Source of the DNA: a virus
IMG/VR virus record: IMGVR_UViG_3300042321_002027
Length of the DNA: 64,000 nucleotides
Strand: one strand, 5' to 3'
Part shown: positions 19,352-29,198 of the stretch, piece after piece
How the letters are laid out: each line of letters begins with the position of its first letter
Position numbering within the stretch: position 1 is the stretch's first letter
The notes under the pieces: model-generated
Databases searched by the model: none
The model's input: only the letters and a program-made list of their open reading frames with translations
What the model was told of the DNA's origin: nothing
Program-made: the position numbers and the translations under genes

Positions 19352-19473
19352 GTTAAATAGATAAAACATGTGTCGAGCGGAACCCCACCGATACTCTCAA
19401 CTATTCCATGTGACCCTCATATAAGCCTCTTGCCTCTTGTACGCTCTTTCGTCGTACTACATGTTTTAATCAT
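19325..19473 (-). ncRNA. Candidate stand-alone late ncRNA
   Basis: CTAAATA late-like promoter at 19485-19479, 10-bp closing inverted repeat, own terminator, no ORF in the track. Confidence 0.5.
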
Positions 19474-19485
19474 GAGTATATTTAG

Positions 19486-19707
19486 TCAAATGACAACTTG
19501 AACACGGAAAAAATCCGGCGTCCAACCATCAAAACCACCACCTAAATTAAGGTGGCGAGAAAAAGACTTAGCCTCAGTCTTATTCATAAAACGCTTAATC
19601 CAGATCTTTTCCTTAGTTTCCGTACGATGCTCATACACATCGTATACAGGACAATTCGCTGACGAATTCGGATGCAGCAGAAGATCTTCTTGAACTCGAT
19701 AACCCAT
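19486..19707 (-). CDS. Hypothetical protein
   Basis: HLNLGGGFDGWTPDFF motif common in T4-like phages; GGAG RBS. Confidence 0.7.
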   Translation of the reverse strand: MGYRVQEDLLLHPNSSANCPVYDVYEHRTETKEKIWIKRFMNKTEAKSFSRHLNLGGGFDGWTPDFFRVQVVI

Positions 19708-19710
19708 AAT

Positions 19711-19920
19711 TTACTCCTTCACCTCAAATGCCCAATGAGTAGTTAACCAATCGTAAATGCAGTTTTCTTCAGTTATAAATTCATGATCCGGACCAAATTT
19801 TTCAGTCATTTTTCGACTCCAAAACTCCCAGTATTCTTTGATGATGTCATCTTCCGTTAGGATAACTTCTTTAACTTGATCGTCTTCGTCAGTAAGTTCG
19901 GTGTACTTAAATTTTCTCAA
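19711..19920 (-). CDS. Hypothetical protein
   Basis: TTG start with GGAGG RBS. Confidence 0.65.
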   Translation of the reverse strand: MRKFKYTELTDEDDQVKEVILTEDDIIKEYWEFWSRKMTEKFGPDHEFITEENCIYDWLTTHWAFEVKE

Positions 19921-20180
19921 TAGGATCCTCCACTACAGAAACATTATATCCACCAATCGATTCAGCCCAAAAAATTGCTGCTTGAGAACTAGAAGTTCTA
20001 ACAGTTGACTCATAGATATATGAGCCGATATTATATCTTACCGTATATTCTTTCATCTATTCAACATCCTAAAACAATACCAAAAGCTGTTCGTTTGTCT
20101 ACACTCAGTCCAAAAATTGTATTCCATCCAAAATGCGAAACCAATAATACAAATAAAAGCTGTTATTGCAAGATAATATT

Positions 20181-21581
20181 TCACTTGAACCCCTCAAACT
20201 TCGCTTTGTCAAACTTAGGTTTTTTTCGATTACGCTCATAATCCTGCTGACCAAATTCAGTATTGTCCATCACAGGTCCGTCCATAATATCCTCCTGCGC
20301 CGACTGCTCTACATCATAGAGACGCATTTTGCTACGATCAACCCCAAGAACAAACCGACGATTAGTGCTGGGATCATTGTATCGATTCTTAAGCTGCTTA
20401 ACCATAATTTGGCCGAGCTCTTCCAATTCCTCGGATGTGGTGAGCGCAAACATAAAATCAGCTGTGGCTGGGAGTCCAAAGGATTCCGATGTATCTTCCA
20501 ATCCCACGTCGCTGTTCGAATATCCGCTTCGAGTTGTTTGAGTCGCAGAGATGACAGGAACATTGTGTTCCACTGCCAACCCTCGTAACTCTTCTGCGAT
20601 TGCTTTGACAAGGGTATAAGAATTGACGTTGGCTCCATTGCGAATCCTCGATGACATACAGATGTTAAGATAGTCGATGTAGATTACATCAGGTATAAAA
20701 TTTTTCTTGATCTTCAATTCGTTGATGAGATGGCGGAAGTTAGCAGAACCAGCACAAGCAGTGGGATATTCCTTGATAACCAACTTACCCTTGACCTTCT
20801 GCTTCAACCTTTCCATTTTCTTATCATAAGCATCTTTCGGCAATACCTTCAGGTCGTCAAGTGTAACGTCTAGAAGGTTTGCGTCGATACGCTCGGCAAT
20901 ACGCTCTTCAGCCATTTCCATCGTGATATAAAGAACGTTCAAACCAGCAACCATATTGGCAGCTGCGAAGTGACACATGGCCAACGACTTACCAACACCA
21001 GTACCTGCAAGGATGATATTCAAAGTTTTTCTTGGCAACCCACCTTGCGTGATCTTGTTGAAGTATTCAAGATCGAATGGAGTGCGCGATTCTTTTGTAT
21101 GATAAAACTCGAAACGAGCATCGGCATCAAGGATGAAGTCATGACCAATATGCGCATCGAACGACACACCCAAAGCATCAGACAAAATTTGAGGTATAGA
21201 ACCTTTCGAGAGCTTTCCTGTTTTGTCGTCAATGATTTGAATTGAATGCATCAAAGCATTATAGATTGCTTTTTCTTGACAAAACTTTTCAGTTTGATCA
21301 ACCAACCAATCCAGCTTGGTCTCATCAGGTTGGATATCCTGAATGATACTCTTACACTTTTTGAAAGTTTCTTCACTGACACCACTTTTGTCAGTGAGAT
21401 CGATCGCAAGTGCTTCTTTAGAAGGAAACGAATTGTACTTCTTTACATACTCTTCAATTAGGTTAAAGATAACTTTGTTTTCATATTCAGGGAAATATTC
21501 TTCCTTGAGGAATGGGATTACCTTTCTGCCATATTCCTCGTTTGTAACGAGATTGCTGAAGATAACCTGTTCAATCGCCAT
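20181..21581 (-). CDS. gp41: T4 gp41-like replicative DNA helicase
   Basis: Walker A AGTGVGKS, ITMEMAEE, IDYLNI, SESFGLPATAD, QLKNRY. Confidence 0.96.
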   Translation of the reverse strand: MAIEQVIFSNLVTNEEYGRKVIPFLKEEYFPEYENKVIFNLIEEYVKKYNSFPSKEALAIDLTDKSGVSEETFKKCKSIIQDIQPDETKLDWLVDQTEKFCQEKAIYNALMHSIQIIDDKTGKLSKGSIPQILSDALGVSFDAHIGHDFILDADARFEFYHTKESRTPFDLEYFNKITQGGLPRKTLNIILAGTGVGKSLAMCHFAAANMVAGLNVLYITMEMAEERIAERIDANLLDVTLDDLKVLPKDAYDKKMERLKQKVKGKLVIKEYPTACAGSANFRHLINELKIKKNFIPDVIYIDYLNICMSSRIRNGANVNSYTLVKAIAEELRGLAVEHNVPVISATQTTRSGYSNSDVGLEDTSESFGLPATADFMFALTTSEELEELGQIMVKQLKNRYNDPSTNRRFVLGVDRSKMRLYDVEQSAQEDIMDGPVMDNTEFGQQDYERNRKKPKFDKAKFEGFK

Positions 21582-21809
21582 TTAAACCTCTTTGAATATT
21601 CTATAATTTTTATTAATTCCAAGAACAAAGTTTTCAGCAGCATCTTCTACGTATTGAAGAGATTTGCTAGTAAATAAACAGCTGTGATCATACTCTTCAT
21701 TTACAAAAAAGTCAACACCATAACCTCTATCCTGCATAAAAACAGTTGCCTTCTTGGCACCATCATCACTATAGTAGTTAGAAATTTCAATCTTCTGTTT
21801 CATCTTCAT
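21582..21809 (-). CDS. Hypothetical protein
   Basis: KSLQYVEDAAENFVLG motif; start reassigned to ATG 21809. Confidence 0.65.
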   Translation of the reverse strand: MKMKQKIEISNYYSDDGAKKATVFMQDRGYGVDFFVNEEYDHSCLFTSKSLQYVEDAAENFVLGINKNYRIFKEV

Positions 21810-22836
21810 CCCCCATGATAGAGCCAATAGCAATCTTATAACGATTTTCAATATACTTGGCAAAGTCTGTTGTGTTAAACATGTTAATCCAAAACTCTTT
21901 ACTATCAACAATTTCTGAAGCACGCATGTTCGGTGCCTTAATCTCACCAGTTTCTCTGTCGACTAAAGCATACCAACCATTTTTAGGCTTAACAATATAT
22001 CCACCATCCAGAGCAACATCCAACAAACCAGACCAGCGATTAATGCCACCTTCAAATGAAACGGTAATTGGAATCTTAGACTTTTCTTTAACATATCTGC
22101 TCTTTTCTATATTGATGACGAAATGGTAGCCATTGATACCATCAGCGTCCTTGTCCTGCTGACGACCAAGAATCCAGATATTATCAGAACCATAGTAAGA
22201 ACCAGTACCACCACCAACGATATCCTTGGGATACAAACCGATTTCCTTATAGGTGTGGTTGATCACGACCATAGGAATGTCCTTGAGAGACAGGTGAGGA
22301 GTGATCATACGGAACAATGACTTGAGCTGCTTTGCTCTAGACATATCGGCAACAGACTTACCGTCAAGTGCATCTTCAACTTCTTTCTTGGAAGCAAGAT
22401 TACCAATTGAGTCAATAACAATCATAACACGATCATCGCGACCTAGCTCTTTCATCTGAGCCATGATGTCAAACTTGAGTTCTTCAATGTCTGTGATCGG
22501 AGTGTGAATTACTGAGTCAAATGGAATTTTAAAAGTCTTGAAGTAATCTTGTGGAGTACCAAACTCCGAGTCATAGAACAGAACGATACCGTCAGGATAC
22601 TTCTTCAAAAAAGCAGAAGCAAGAAGCAAAGCAAAACCAGTCTTGAAGTGCTTCGAAGGACCAGCAAGCATTGTAAGTCCGGGAGTGATACCTCCATCAA
22701 TCGATCCGGATAAGGCAACGTTAATCATTGGAACAGAAGTAGGCACCATGTCCTTCTTCGTGAAAATCTTGCTGTCTGCAAGTGTATCTGTTAAATCAAT
22801 TGTGCTGTTTTTGAGTAGCTTATCTCTTAATGACAT
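21787..22836 (-). CDS. uvsX: UvsX RecA-like recombinase
   Basis: AGPSKHFKT, FYDSEFG, IDSIGNLASKKE, VVINHTY. Confidence 0.96.
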   Translation of the reverse strand: MSLRDKLLKNSTIDLTDTLADSKIFTKKDMVPTSVPMINVALSGSIDGGITPGLTMLAGPSKHFKTGFALLLASAFLKKYPDGIVLFYDSEFGTPQDYFKTFKIPFDSVIHTPITDIEELKFDIMAQMKELGRDDRVMIVIDSIGNLASKKEVEDALDGKSVADMSRAKQLKSLFRMITPHLSLKDIPMVVINHTYKEIGLYPKDIVGGGTGSYYGSDNIWILGRQQDKDADGINGYHFVINIEKSRYVKEKSKIPITVSFEGGINRWSGLLDVALDGGYIVKPKNGWYALVDRETGEIKAPNMRASEIVDSKEFWINMFNTTDFAKYIENRYKIAIGSIMGDEDETED

Positions 22837-22887
22837 GTATATCTCCGTATAGTTGTATGGTTAGTATAGCGGTATATTAGTATAAAG

Positions 22888-23115
22888 TCAAGTGTTAATA
22901 TAATCGTCCATCTTCTTTATGAACGCTTTAATTTTCTTTTCGCGGTCTGGCCATAGTATAGTATCTTTTTCAGGATTCTTCATTAAGTTGTTTAGGAGCG
23001 GCATAATCATCTTACGCAATCCCTGCAACTTATCTTCTGTGGTAGTTACCTTTGCTTGTAACTCTGTTGAGTCGGTAAAAGAAAAACCGAAATCGTCATC
23101 TTCATTTAGTTTCAT
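22888..23115 (-). CDS. Conserved hypothetical protein
   Basis: DDFGFSF...IMPLLNNLMKNPEKDTILWPDR; start ATG 23115. Confidence 0.75.
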   Translation of the reverse strand: MKLNEDDDFGFSFTDSTELQAKVTTTEDKLQGLRKMIMPLLNNLMKNPEKDTILWPDREKKIKAFIKKMDDYINT

Positions 23116-25607
23116 GAGAAAAAATCCTCTAATGTTGATATATGTTCTGCATTCCATCCTATTACACTTGTAATTGATTTGACAGGCTCAAGGAACGACT
23201 TGTTGAACTGTAGCTCACGATCAATATACTTATCTAATCCTAATTCATCGGGCATTTCATCAGGTGTTGCGATAACAGTGTCATTGATAGGATTGGGAAA
23301 CTTAAGATAAGCAAACCTAATCTTATCACCATTCTGAATAGGAGGAATATGGTTAATGTTCTTTTCTTTTAGTAAGTGATTGAACAGCAATGCACCCTTC
23401 ACATGGATAGGAGTTCCTTTTACATAAATTGTAGCAGCATCAGCATATCCTTTCGGATCAGCGTCAAGACCTTTAACGCCTCTCGGAAAAGCAACATCCT
23501 CGAAAGGCAGTGTCATGAACTTAGCTTTGAACTCTTCAATAAACTGAATCAATTCATTTTGATCGCCGTTCATGATAATACCGAATGCTTTCTTAATGTT
23601 CTCGCGACAAGCATGTGGAGTTGAAGAACGAACAGCTTCAATACCAGACAACTTCAGCTTGGGTTTATCATACTGCACACCTTCAACGTTCCAAGCATTG
23701 AGAATGTACATTTTCTTACCACGCCAGATACCCTTGTTGGCAATGGTTTCACGCTTCATCTTCATCTTCTGCTGATATGCATTCATCATATCAGCCAGTT
23801 CCTGATAGCACTGATCCATATATGGCTGAATTTTTAGTTCACAGAAAGCGTCGATAGCTCCCACGATAAAATGGTCATCGTCAATTTTAAGATGCTTTAC
23901 TAACTCCTCCATTGTAACATAGATTGAGTCAGTGTCAGAAGCGATTACATAGTCAATATCTGTTGTATTGAGAACCTTGTTCATGAACTGGTTCATTTTC
24001 TTTTCGATCCAACGAATAGAAAGCTGACCAGACATAGTGATAGCTTCTGCGTGGTTATGGTTGAACCAACGGAAGTACTGGTTACCCAAAGCACCATAAG
24101 CAGAGTTCAGCTGAATTTTCTTGGCCAGCTGCATGTTATGATAACGAGCAACCAACTTAGCATCTTCTGGGTTTTTAGTTTCTTCATAACGTTTCTTTGC
24201 TTCAATCATAAGCTTCTTATACTCTGATCGGCTGTTATACATTTTTTCCATCAAAGCAGGAAGAAATCCCTGCTTTTCGCGAGTATAATAACAACCATTG
24301 GCAGCATAAGCAACACCAGCCGCTGAACGATATGGTGAACCAAACGGATACTTAAGATCAAGCAAATCATCGATACTAGGCATGTCGTCAAGTTTACCAA
24401 CAAAAGTTTCTGGACTGATGTTGTACTGCATAATCAGGTGCGGATACAGTGAGTTTAAGTCGAACGACACAACCCACTTACTCAAACCAATCTTTGGTTC
24501 TTTAACGTGACCACCGACCAATGCTTCGTTGTCAGGCTGCTTCTTGAACTGTGGGATGACAATGTTCTGCTCTAGCAGATAGTTGTGAATGATCACATCC
24601 CATGAGCGAACAGTTGTCATTGTGTCCGAATAGTTTACCTTGGCGTCATAGGCAAGCGCCATCACCTGTTCTAGAAACTTCAGCTTGTCGTCGAGTTTCT
24701 CGACCAGCACAACGTCTTGAATGTTATACTCAATAAACTTTTGATAATCTTTTTTATACAATTCTAACAGATTACCATACTCTGAGTAGTCAACCTTTTT
24801 CTCACCAAGTTCAATTTGTGAAATATAGTCAAGCTTATACGACTCTTGATTACCAAAAGTAAACTTGCGATAGAGTTGATAGTAGTCTAGAACTGTGATA
24901 CCAACAGGCTCATAGCTTTGGTTTTCTTTACCTTTGAACTCAACCATACGTTCATTTAAGATTCCCCATGGCGAGAGTTTCTTTGCTTCGGACATACCAA
25001 GCAAACTTTTAATTCTGTTTACCAAGTATGGCATGTCGAAAAACTCGACGTTCCAACCTGTTACAATGTCCATGTCCAAATGCTGCCAAGCAAGCAAAAA
25101 CTTAGCAAGCAAGTCATATTCATTCTTACATCTTAGATAACTTGTATTGGGATCATTGCTGATGAAATGTCCGCAACCAAACACATAGTTCGTTCCTTGG
25201 AAACGTAATGCAATTGCAGTAATTTCTTTGTCGGCTTTTTGGATGTTAGGGAATCCTTCGTCGGCAGCGACCTCGATGTCTATGTTACCGATACGAATAG
25301 TTTTTGGATCGTAGTTTATTTCACCTTTGAATGCATCAAAAATATATACGTATGTAAATGCATTCAGACCATAGATTTCCATGTTGGATACATCTTCATA
25401 TCTTCCAATAAAATCTTTAGCATCTGAAATGCTATCAAACTGCATCTTTTCGACGGGTTTATTATCTAACGTGCGATACTTACCACCTTGTTTTTGAATA
25501 AACATATAAGGATGGTAGTTTTCAATGAACTTAGAACGTTTACCATTCTTAAACCCACGAACATAAATTTTATCACCACGTTGGAAAACACTTGTATAAA
25601 AATCCAA
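23112..25607 (-). CDS. gp43: T4 gp43-like family B DNA polymerase
   Basis: Exo DIEV, SFDLNSLYPH, KIQLNSAYGALGN, ASDTDS; likely TTG start at 25607 after GGAGG. Confidence 0.97.
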   Translation of the reverse strand: MDFYTSVFQRGDKIYVRGFKNGKRSKFIENYHPYMFIQKQGGKYRTLDNKPVEKMQFDSISDAKDFIGRYEDVSNMEIYGLNAFTYVYIFDAFKGEINYDPKTIRIGNIDIEVAADEGFPNIQKADKEITAIALRFQGTNYVFGCGHFISNDPNTSYLRCKNEYDLLAKFLLAWQHLDMDIVTGWNVEFFDMPYLVNRIKSLLGMSEAKKLSPWGILNERMVEFKGKENQSYEPVGITVLDYYQLYRKFTFGNQESYKLDYISQIELGEKKVDYSEYGNLLELYKKDYQKFIEYNIQDVVLVEKLDDKLKFLEQVMALAYDAKVNYSDTMTTVRSWDVIIHNYLLEQNIVIPQFKKQPDNEALVGGHVKEPKIGLSKWVVSFDLNSLYPHLIMQYNISPETFVGKLDDMPSIDDLLDLKYPFGSPYRSAAGVAYAANGCYYTREKQGFLPALMEKMYNSRSEYKKLMIEAKKRYEETKNPEDAKLVARYHNMQLAKKIQLNSAYGALGNQYFRWFNHNHAEAITMSGQLSIRWIEKKMNQFMNKVLNTTDIDYVIASDTDSIYVTMEELVKHLKIDDDHFIVGAIDAFCELKIQPYMDQCYQELADMMNAYQQKMKMKRETIANKGIWRGKKMYILNAWNVEGVQYDKPKLKLSGIEAVRSSTPHACRENIKKAFGIIMNGDQNELIQFIEEFKAKFMTLPFEDVAFPRGVKGLDADPKGYADAATIYVKGTPIHVKGALLFNHLLKEKNINHIPPIQNGDKIRFAYLKFPNPINDTVIATPDEMPDELGLDKYIDRELQFNKSFLEPVKSITSVIGWNAEHISTLEDFFS

Positions 25608-25656
25608 CTCGTACCTCCAAACCAAAGTTATATTATACACTAAACAAACATAAAAG

Positions 25657-25681
25657 TAAAGGGGGATTGCTCCCCCTCTTT
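25657..25681. terminator. Probable terminator hairpin
   Basis: AAAGGGGGA-ttgc-TCCCCCTCTTT. Confidence 0.65.
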
Positions 25682-25709
25682 AAACCTTTATCGACCAAAG
25701 TATATGGAA

Positions 25710-25877
25710 TTATCTTTTACCTTCCATCACTACACGTTCAATGTCATATCTACTGATACCAATGTCTGCTAAATCTTTGTCAGTCATTGCTTTAAGATCA
25801 CGAATTGCGCGACTTTGTTCGCTAGATCTTAGTTTTCCAAATATTGCATCTGATAATAGGCTAAAAGCTGTAAACAT
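25710..25877 (-). CDS. DUF1127 (YjiS-like) small protein, 55 aa, not in ORF track
   Basis: MFTAFSLLSDAIFGKLRSSEQSRAIRDLKAMTDKDLADIGISRYDIERVVMEGKR; L..M.D..LADIGI.R.DI signature. Confidence 0.8.
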   Translation of the reverse strand: MFTAFSLLSDAIFGKLRSSEQSRAIRDLKAMTDKDLADIGISRYDIERVVMEGKR

Positions 25878-25879
25878 TT

Positions 25880-26362
25880 TTATTCCTTTGTGTTTTGTTT
25901 TGTTTTGTCTACAATATCAATCTTCTTGGGCTTTTTTTCTTCAGGAATAATATTTTCCAACCATAGCTTTAACATACCATTTACAAGTTCAGCATTCTTC
26001 ACTTCAACTGTATCAGCTAAAGTAAATTTACGAGTGAACGAACGATCCGCAATGCCCTTATAAAGATACTGAATTGGGTTTGTTGGATCCAGCTGATCTA
26101 GCGTCAAACCACCTTTAACAACAAGAGTGTTGTTTGCAATTTCAATGTCAATGTTCTGCTTACCGAAACCAGCAACAGCCATTTCGATAACATACTTGTT
26201 TTCATCAACCTTTGCAATATTATATGGGGGGTATCCTGGAATTCCCTTTAGGGTTTCTTCATGAACCTTGCCAAGTGTTTGGAGCATCTTGTCTGCTCCA
26301 ATAAACATTCTGCTGAAGTTGTTACCTGGGAATCCGTTAAATGAAAATACATCATTAGTCAT
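25880..26362 (-). CDS. hsp20: Small heat-shock protein Hsp20 (IbpA-like)
   Basis: YPPYNI...MAVAGF...YLYKGIADRSFTRKFTLADTVEVKNAELVNGML. Confidence 0.95.
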   Translation of the reverse strand: MTNDVFSFNGFPGNNFSRMFIGADKMLQTLGKVHEETLKGIPGYPPYNIAKVDENKYVIEMAVAGFGKQNIDIEIANNTLVVKGGLTLDQLDPTNPIQYLYKGIADRSFTRKFTLADTVEVKNAELVNGMLKLWLENIIPEEKKPKKIDIVDKTKQNTKE

Positions 26363-26413
26363 AGTTTTCTCCTTATGTAAGCGAGATTGAATTAATGGTC
26401 CCTTTCGGCGACC
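26363..26413 (-). promoter_or_regulatory. ROSE-like RNA thermometer
   Basis: UCUCGCUU-acau-AAGGAGA hairpin with bulged G opposite the SD; upstream GAAA-loop hairpin. Confidence 0.6.
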
Positions 26414-26452
26414 ACGTATTATATAGGCACGTGAGATATTACTTTAAAGTGG

Positions 26453-26707
26453 TTAGTGTAATTTTTTTCCGAATGTCTCTTTTGCTACACAATATACGTC
26501 CATATTTCTAATATCAAGTATGAACATAGGAGTCATTTCTGCCTTCTTGTATTCAGATGCTGCCAATAACATTCTTGAAAAACTGTTATCAGACTCACCC
26601 ATTTCTATCGCAGTTTCGGCAGAAGCTTCCATAATATGTTCTGGAATAACTTTATATGAAGACATATCGAACCCTTTTTCAGGGTATTTATTCGATTTTA
26701 TACTCAT
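26453..26707 (-). CDS. Hypothetical protein
   Basis: ORF ending in FGKKLH. Confidence 0.6.
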   Translation of the reverse strand: MSIKSNKYPEKGFDMSSYKVIPEHIMEASAETAIEMGESDNSFSRMLLAASEYKKAEMTPMFILDIRNMDVYCVAKETFGKKLH

Positions 26708-26922
26708 TAATACGCTTCTCTTGCATTGTCAATTTATCCTTTTGGTGGCGGCGAGGATTGCCACATATATAACAAGAACAAGGTGTGCGTGTTTCTGCTA
26801 TTCTTCTTATATGTTGCTCGCGAGATTCTTCGCCCCAAAACCATCTTTTAATCCAATGAAACTTAGAAACCTTTTGCTTCATGCGTTCATGGTGGTGACG
26901 ACGTTCTGCTCTTGTTCTCATG

Positions 26923-27321
26923 TTACCTCGATCTATCTGGATACCACTTTCCGTCATAGTATTCTCCGTGGCGTGCGGACTCATAATCCGACCACCCGGG
27001 ATTATCCACCTTTTTTCTTTCAACAACTTGAGATGCATTTACACTAGCTGTCTGAGTTCCTGCAACACTATAAGCTACTGCTTTCATAAATGTAGGGCAG
27101 TATGCATCAGAGCAAACATAGCCCATTACATTACTCAGATCTATTCCGCACTTACCACATTTAGGTTTGTGGTAAAGTGGTCCTGGAGGAGTTGTTGGCC
27201 AAGTAGGATTTACAGGATAAGGATATCGACCAGTTTCTAACTGGGCAACCCTACCCTCCAAATACACCAGTCTTGTCTGTAGGTGTCGTATCATTTCCTC
27301 TAGTTCTTCGTTCGAGCTCAT
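26923..27321 (-). CDS. Hypothetical protein with CxxC...CxxxxC
   Basis: KCGKCGI...MGYVCSDAYCP. Confidence 0.55.
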   Translation of the reverse strand: MSSNEELEEMIRHLQTRLVYLEGRVAQLETGRYPYPVNPTWPTTPPGPLYHKPKCGKCGIDLSNVMGYVCSDAYCPTFMKAVAYSVAGTQTASVNASQVVERKKVDNPGWSDYESARHGEYYDGKWYPDRSR

Positions 27322-27462
27322 CGTGAAACCCTTTCATAAATTCTCTGTAAATCGTAGGTGAGTCAAGCATTAGTTCGCAATACAAACGACCAAAGTCCTT
27401 CGCGTGACTGTAGTAATAATCCTTGACCAACTTTTCGTTATATTGCCAACCAAACATTTCAC

Positions 27463-28200
27463 TCAGTCCCACAATGATTGATAGTACTTACCGAAAAGAG
27501 TAAATCCATTCTGCTTGCGCTTGTGATATGCATCATACTTTTCTTTGTTGAACTTACCACGCTCACGTTCGCGCTTCTCTGACCAAAATGATTCTTCTTT
27601 TTCAACCACAGTGCCATCAGCTTTCAAAACACTGTACATGCGAGGTTCAATTACTTCATCAGGAGCATAAGGATCATAGAAATTCTTATCGCCTTCGTCT
27701 TCATCAAGTTCCTGCTCAAAACTCCAGATCATCTGATCAAGAACCCAAAGCCACTGTGACTGAAACTTTTCGTCTACTGCAACACGTTCTTCTGCAGTGG
27801 CATTTAAACTCTTATCGTAGCAACCATGATTGAAAACTGCATCTTCTCTTTCAGAGAAAAGAAGATGTTCTGGCAAGTCTTCCTTGCTTACAAAGGGACT
27901 GCCATGCTTTGTATCTCTAAGCTGCTTGAGCATAGGTAGAGCGATATGTGCCAGCGTATGATCCATTGACCAAATGTCATAGTTGTCAATGCGAACATTG
28001 ATCTTACGTTTTCGCTCACTGATAAGCTTATTGATTGTTGCATCTAAAACAGTTTGACACCAGCCCTCAAGCTTTTCGAGAAGCTTCTCAAAAAGAGTCG
28101 AGCTTTCTTCCCAATCATACTTGTACTTCTTGTTCATGAACTTGTAATGGAAAGTAGCAGCGTAACGATTATTTGTATATGGTCCGATATATACTTTCAT
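27463..28200 (-). CDS. Conserved T4-like hypothetical protein
   Basis: MKVYIGPY, IDNYDIWSMDHTLA, WVLDQMIWSF, GFTLFGKYYQSLWD. Confidence 0.8.
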   Translation of the reverse strand: MKVYIGPYTNNRYAATFHYKFMNKKYKYDWEESSTLFEKLLEKLEGWCQTVLDATINKLISERKRKINVRIDNYDIWSMDHTLAHIALPMLKQLRDTKHGSPFVSKEDLPEHLLFSEREDAVFNHGCYDKSLNATAEERVAVDEKFQSQWLWVLDQMIWSFEQELDEDEGDKNFYDPYAPDEVIEPRMYSVLKADGTVVEKEESFWSEKRERERGKFNKEKYDAYHKRKQNGFTLFGKYYQSLWD

Positions 28201-29198
28201 TTATCTCTCTCTAAATTATTAACGAAAATGTTCCAAACAACTTCCCAAGACCAACTATCCCTAGCAACTATACTACATTTTTTTCTTGATAAAGTCAAGC
28301 ACTTTTTTATCGCTTTTTCCAAATCATTATCTAGTAATCCAGTATACTTGTTGTCTACAACGTCAATTGGACCTTGAACGGGATATGCAGCAACAGGAGT
28401 TCCACAATACATAGACTCAATCATTACTACACCAAAGGTGTCTGCCTTGCTAGTGAAGACAAAACAGTCCGCAGTTTGATAAAACTCAGCGAGTTCTTTG
28501 CCAAACTTATATCCAACAAACTTTACATTTGGATATTTTTCTTCAAGTTCTTTCTTATACGGGCCATCACCAACTACAATCTTAACATACTTATCTGGCA
28601 ATGAACAGAACACATCTAAATTTTTCTCTTTTGAAACTCTGCCCACAGATAGAAGTATTGGTTGTTCTTTGCTTTTTGTGTATCTAGGTGTGAAGATTTC
28701 TGGGTCAACACCTCTTGGCCAAATAACTTGTCTGCGACCAATCTCATTATCAATCATAAACTGTCTAACAGTTTCAGTTGGACAAAATACTTTACGTTTT
28801 CTATGAAACCATTTAATGTAGTTTCTAGTAATCCATTCAGGAACACCAGCAACTTCTTTCATAAACTTTGACCAGTCTGTATGATAAGATGTGGTGTATC
28901 TTCTGTTTTTAGCGGTTAAAATAAATGCAGCAGCAAGACCTAGCGGTCCTTCAGTCGCGATATGATAGACGGTATCAGTTTTATATTTGAGATACTTAGA
29001 TATCCCAATAGGTATTGCAAATGGTATTTCAGGATAAACTTTAGAGTGAAGTTTCCTCTTAAATAACCCAGGATGGACAACAACGATATCGTATCCATCT
29101 CTCTTAGCAAACTCCACCATTTTCTTTAATGTGGTAACAACACCACTTACTTGCGGTTCCCATGCGTCTGTTACTATGACTATTCTTTTGAAGTCCAA
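28197..29198 (-). CDS. GT4 glycosyltransferase, Agt-like diacylglycerol glycosyltransferase
   Basis: RIVIVTDAWEPQVSGVV, HIATEGPLG, TSYHT, VGRVSKEKN, DTFGVVMIES; TTG start at 29198 after GGAGA. Confidence 0.88.
   Translation of the reverse strand: MDFKRIVIVTDAWEPQVSGVVTTLKKMVEFAKRDGYDIVVVHPGLFKRKLHSKVYPEIPFAIPIGISKYLKYKTDTVYHIATEGPLGLAAAFILTAKNRRYTTSYHTDWSKFMKEVAGVPEWITRNYIKWFHRKRKVFCPTETVRQFMIDNEIGRRQVIWPRGVDPEIFTPRYTKSKEQPILLSVGRVSKEKNLDVFCSLPDKYVKIVVGDGPYKKELEEKYPNVKFVGYKFGKELAEFYQTADCFVFTSKADTFGVVMIESMYCGTPVAAYPVQGPIDVVDNKYTGLLDNDLEKAIKKCLTLSRKKCSIVARDSWSWEVVWNIFVNNLERDK

Noticed and set aside
20181-25607. Introns or inteins in gp41, uvsX or gp43
   Set aside because: The ORFs are continuous and of normal length, with no intein or homing-endonuclease motifs.
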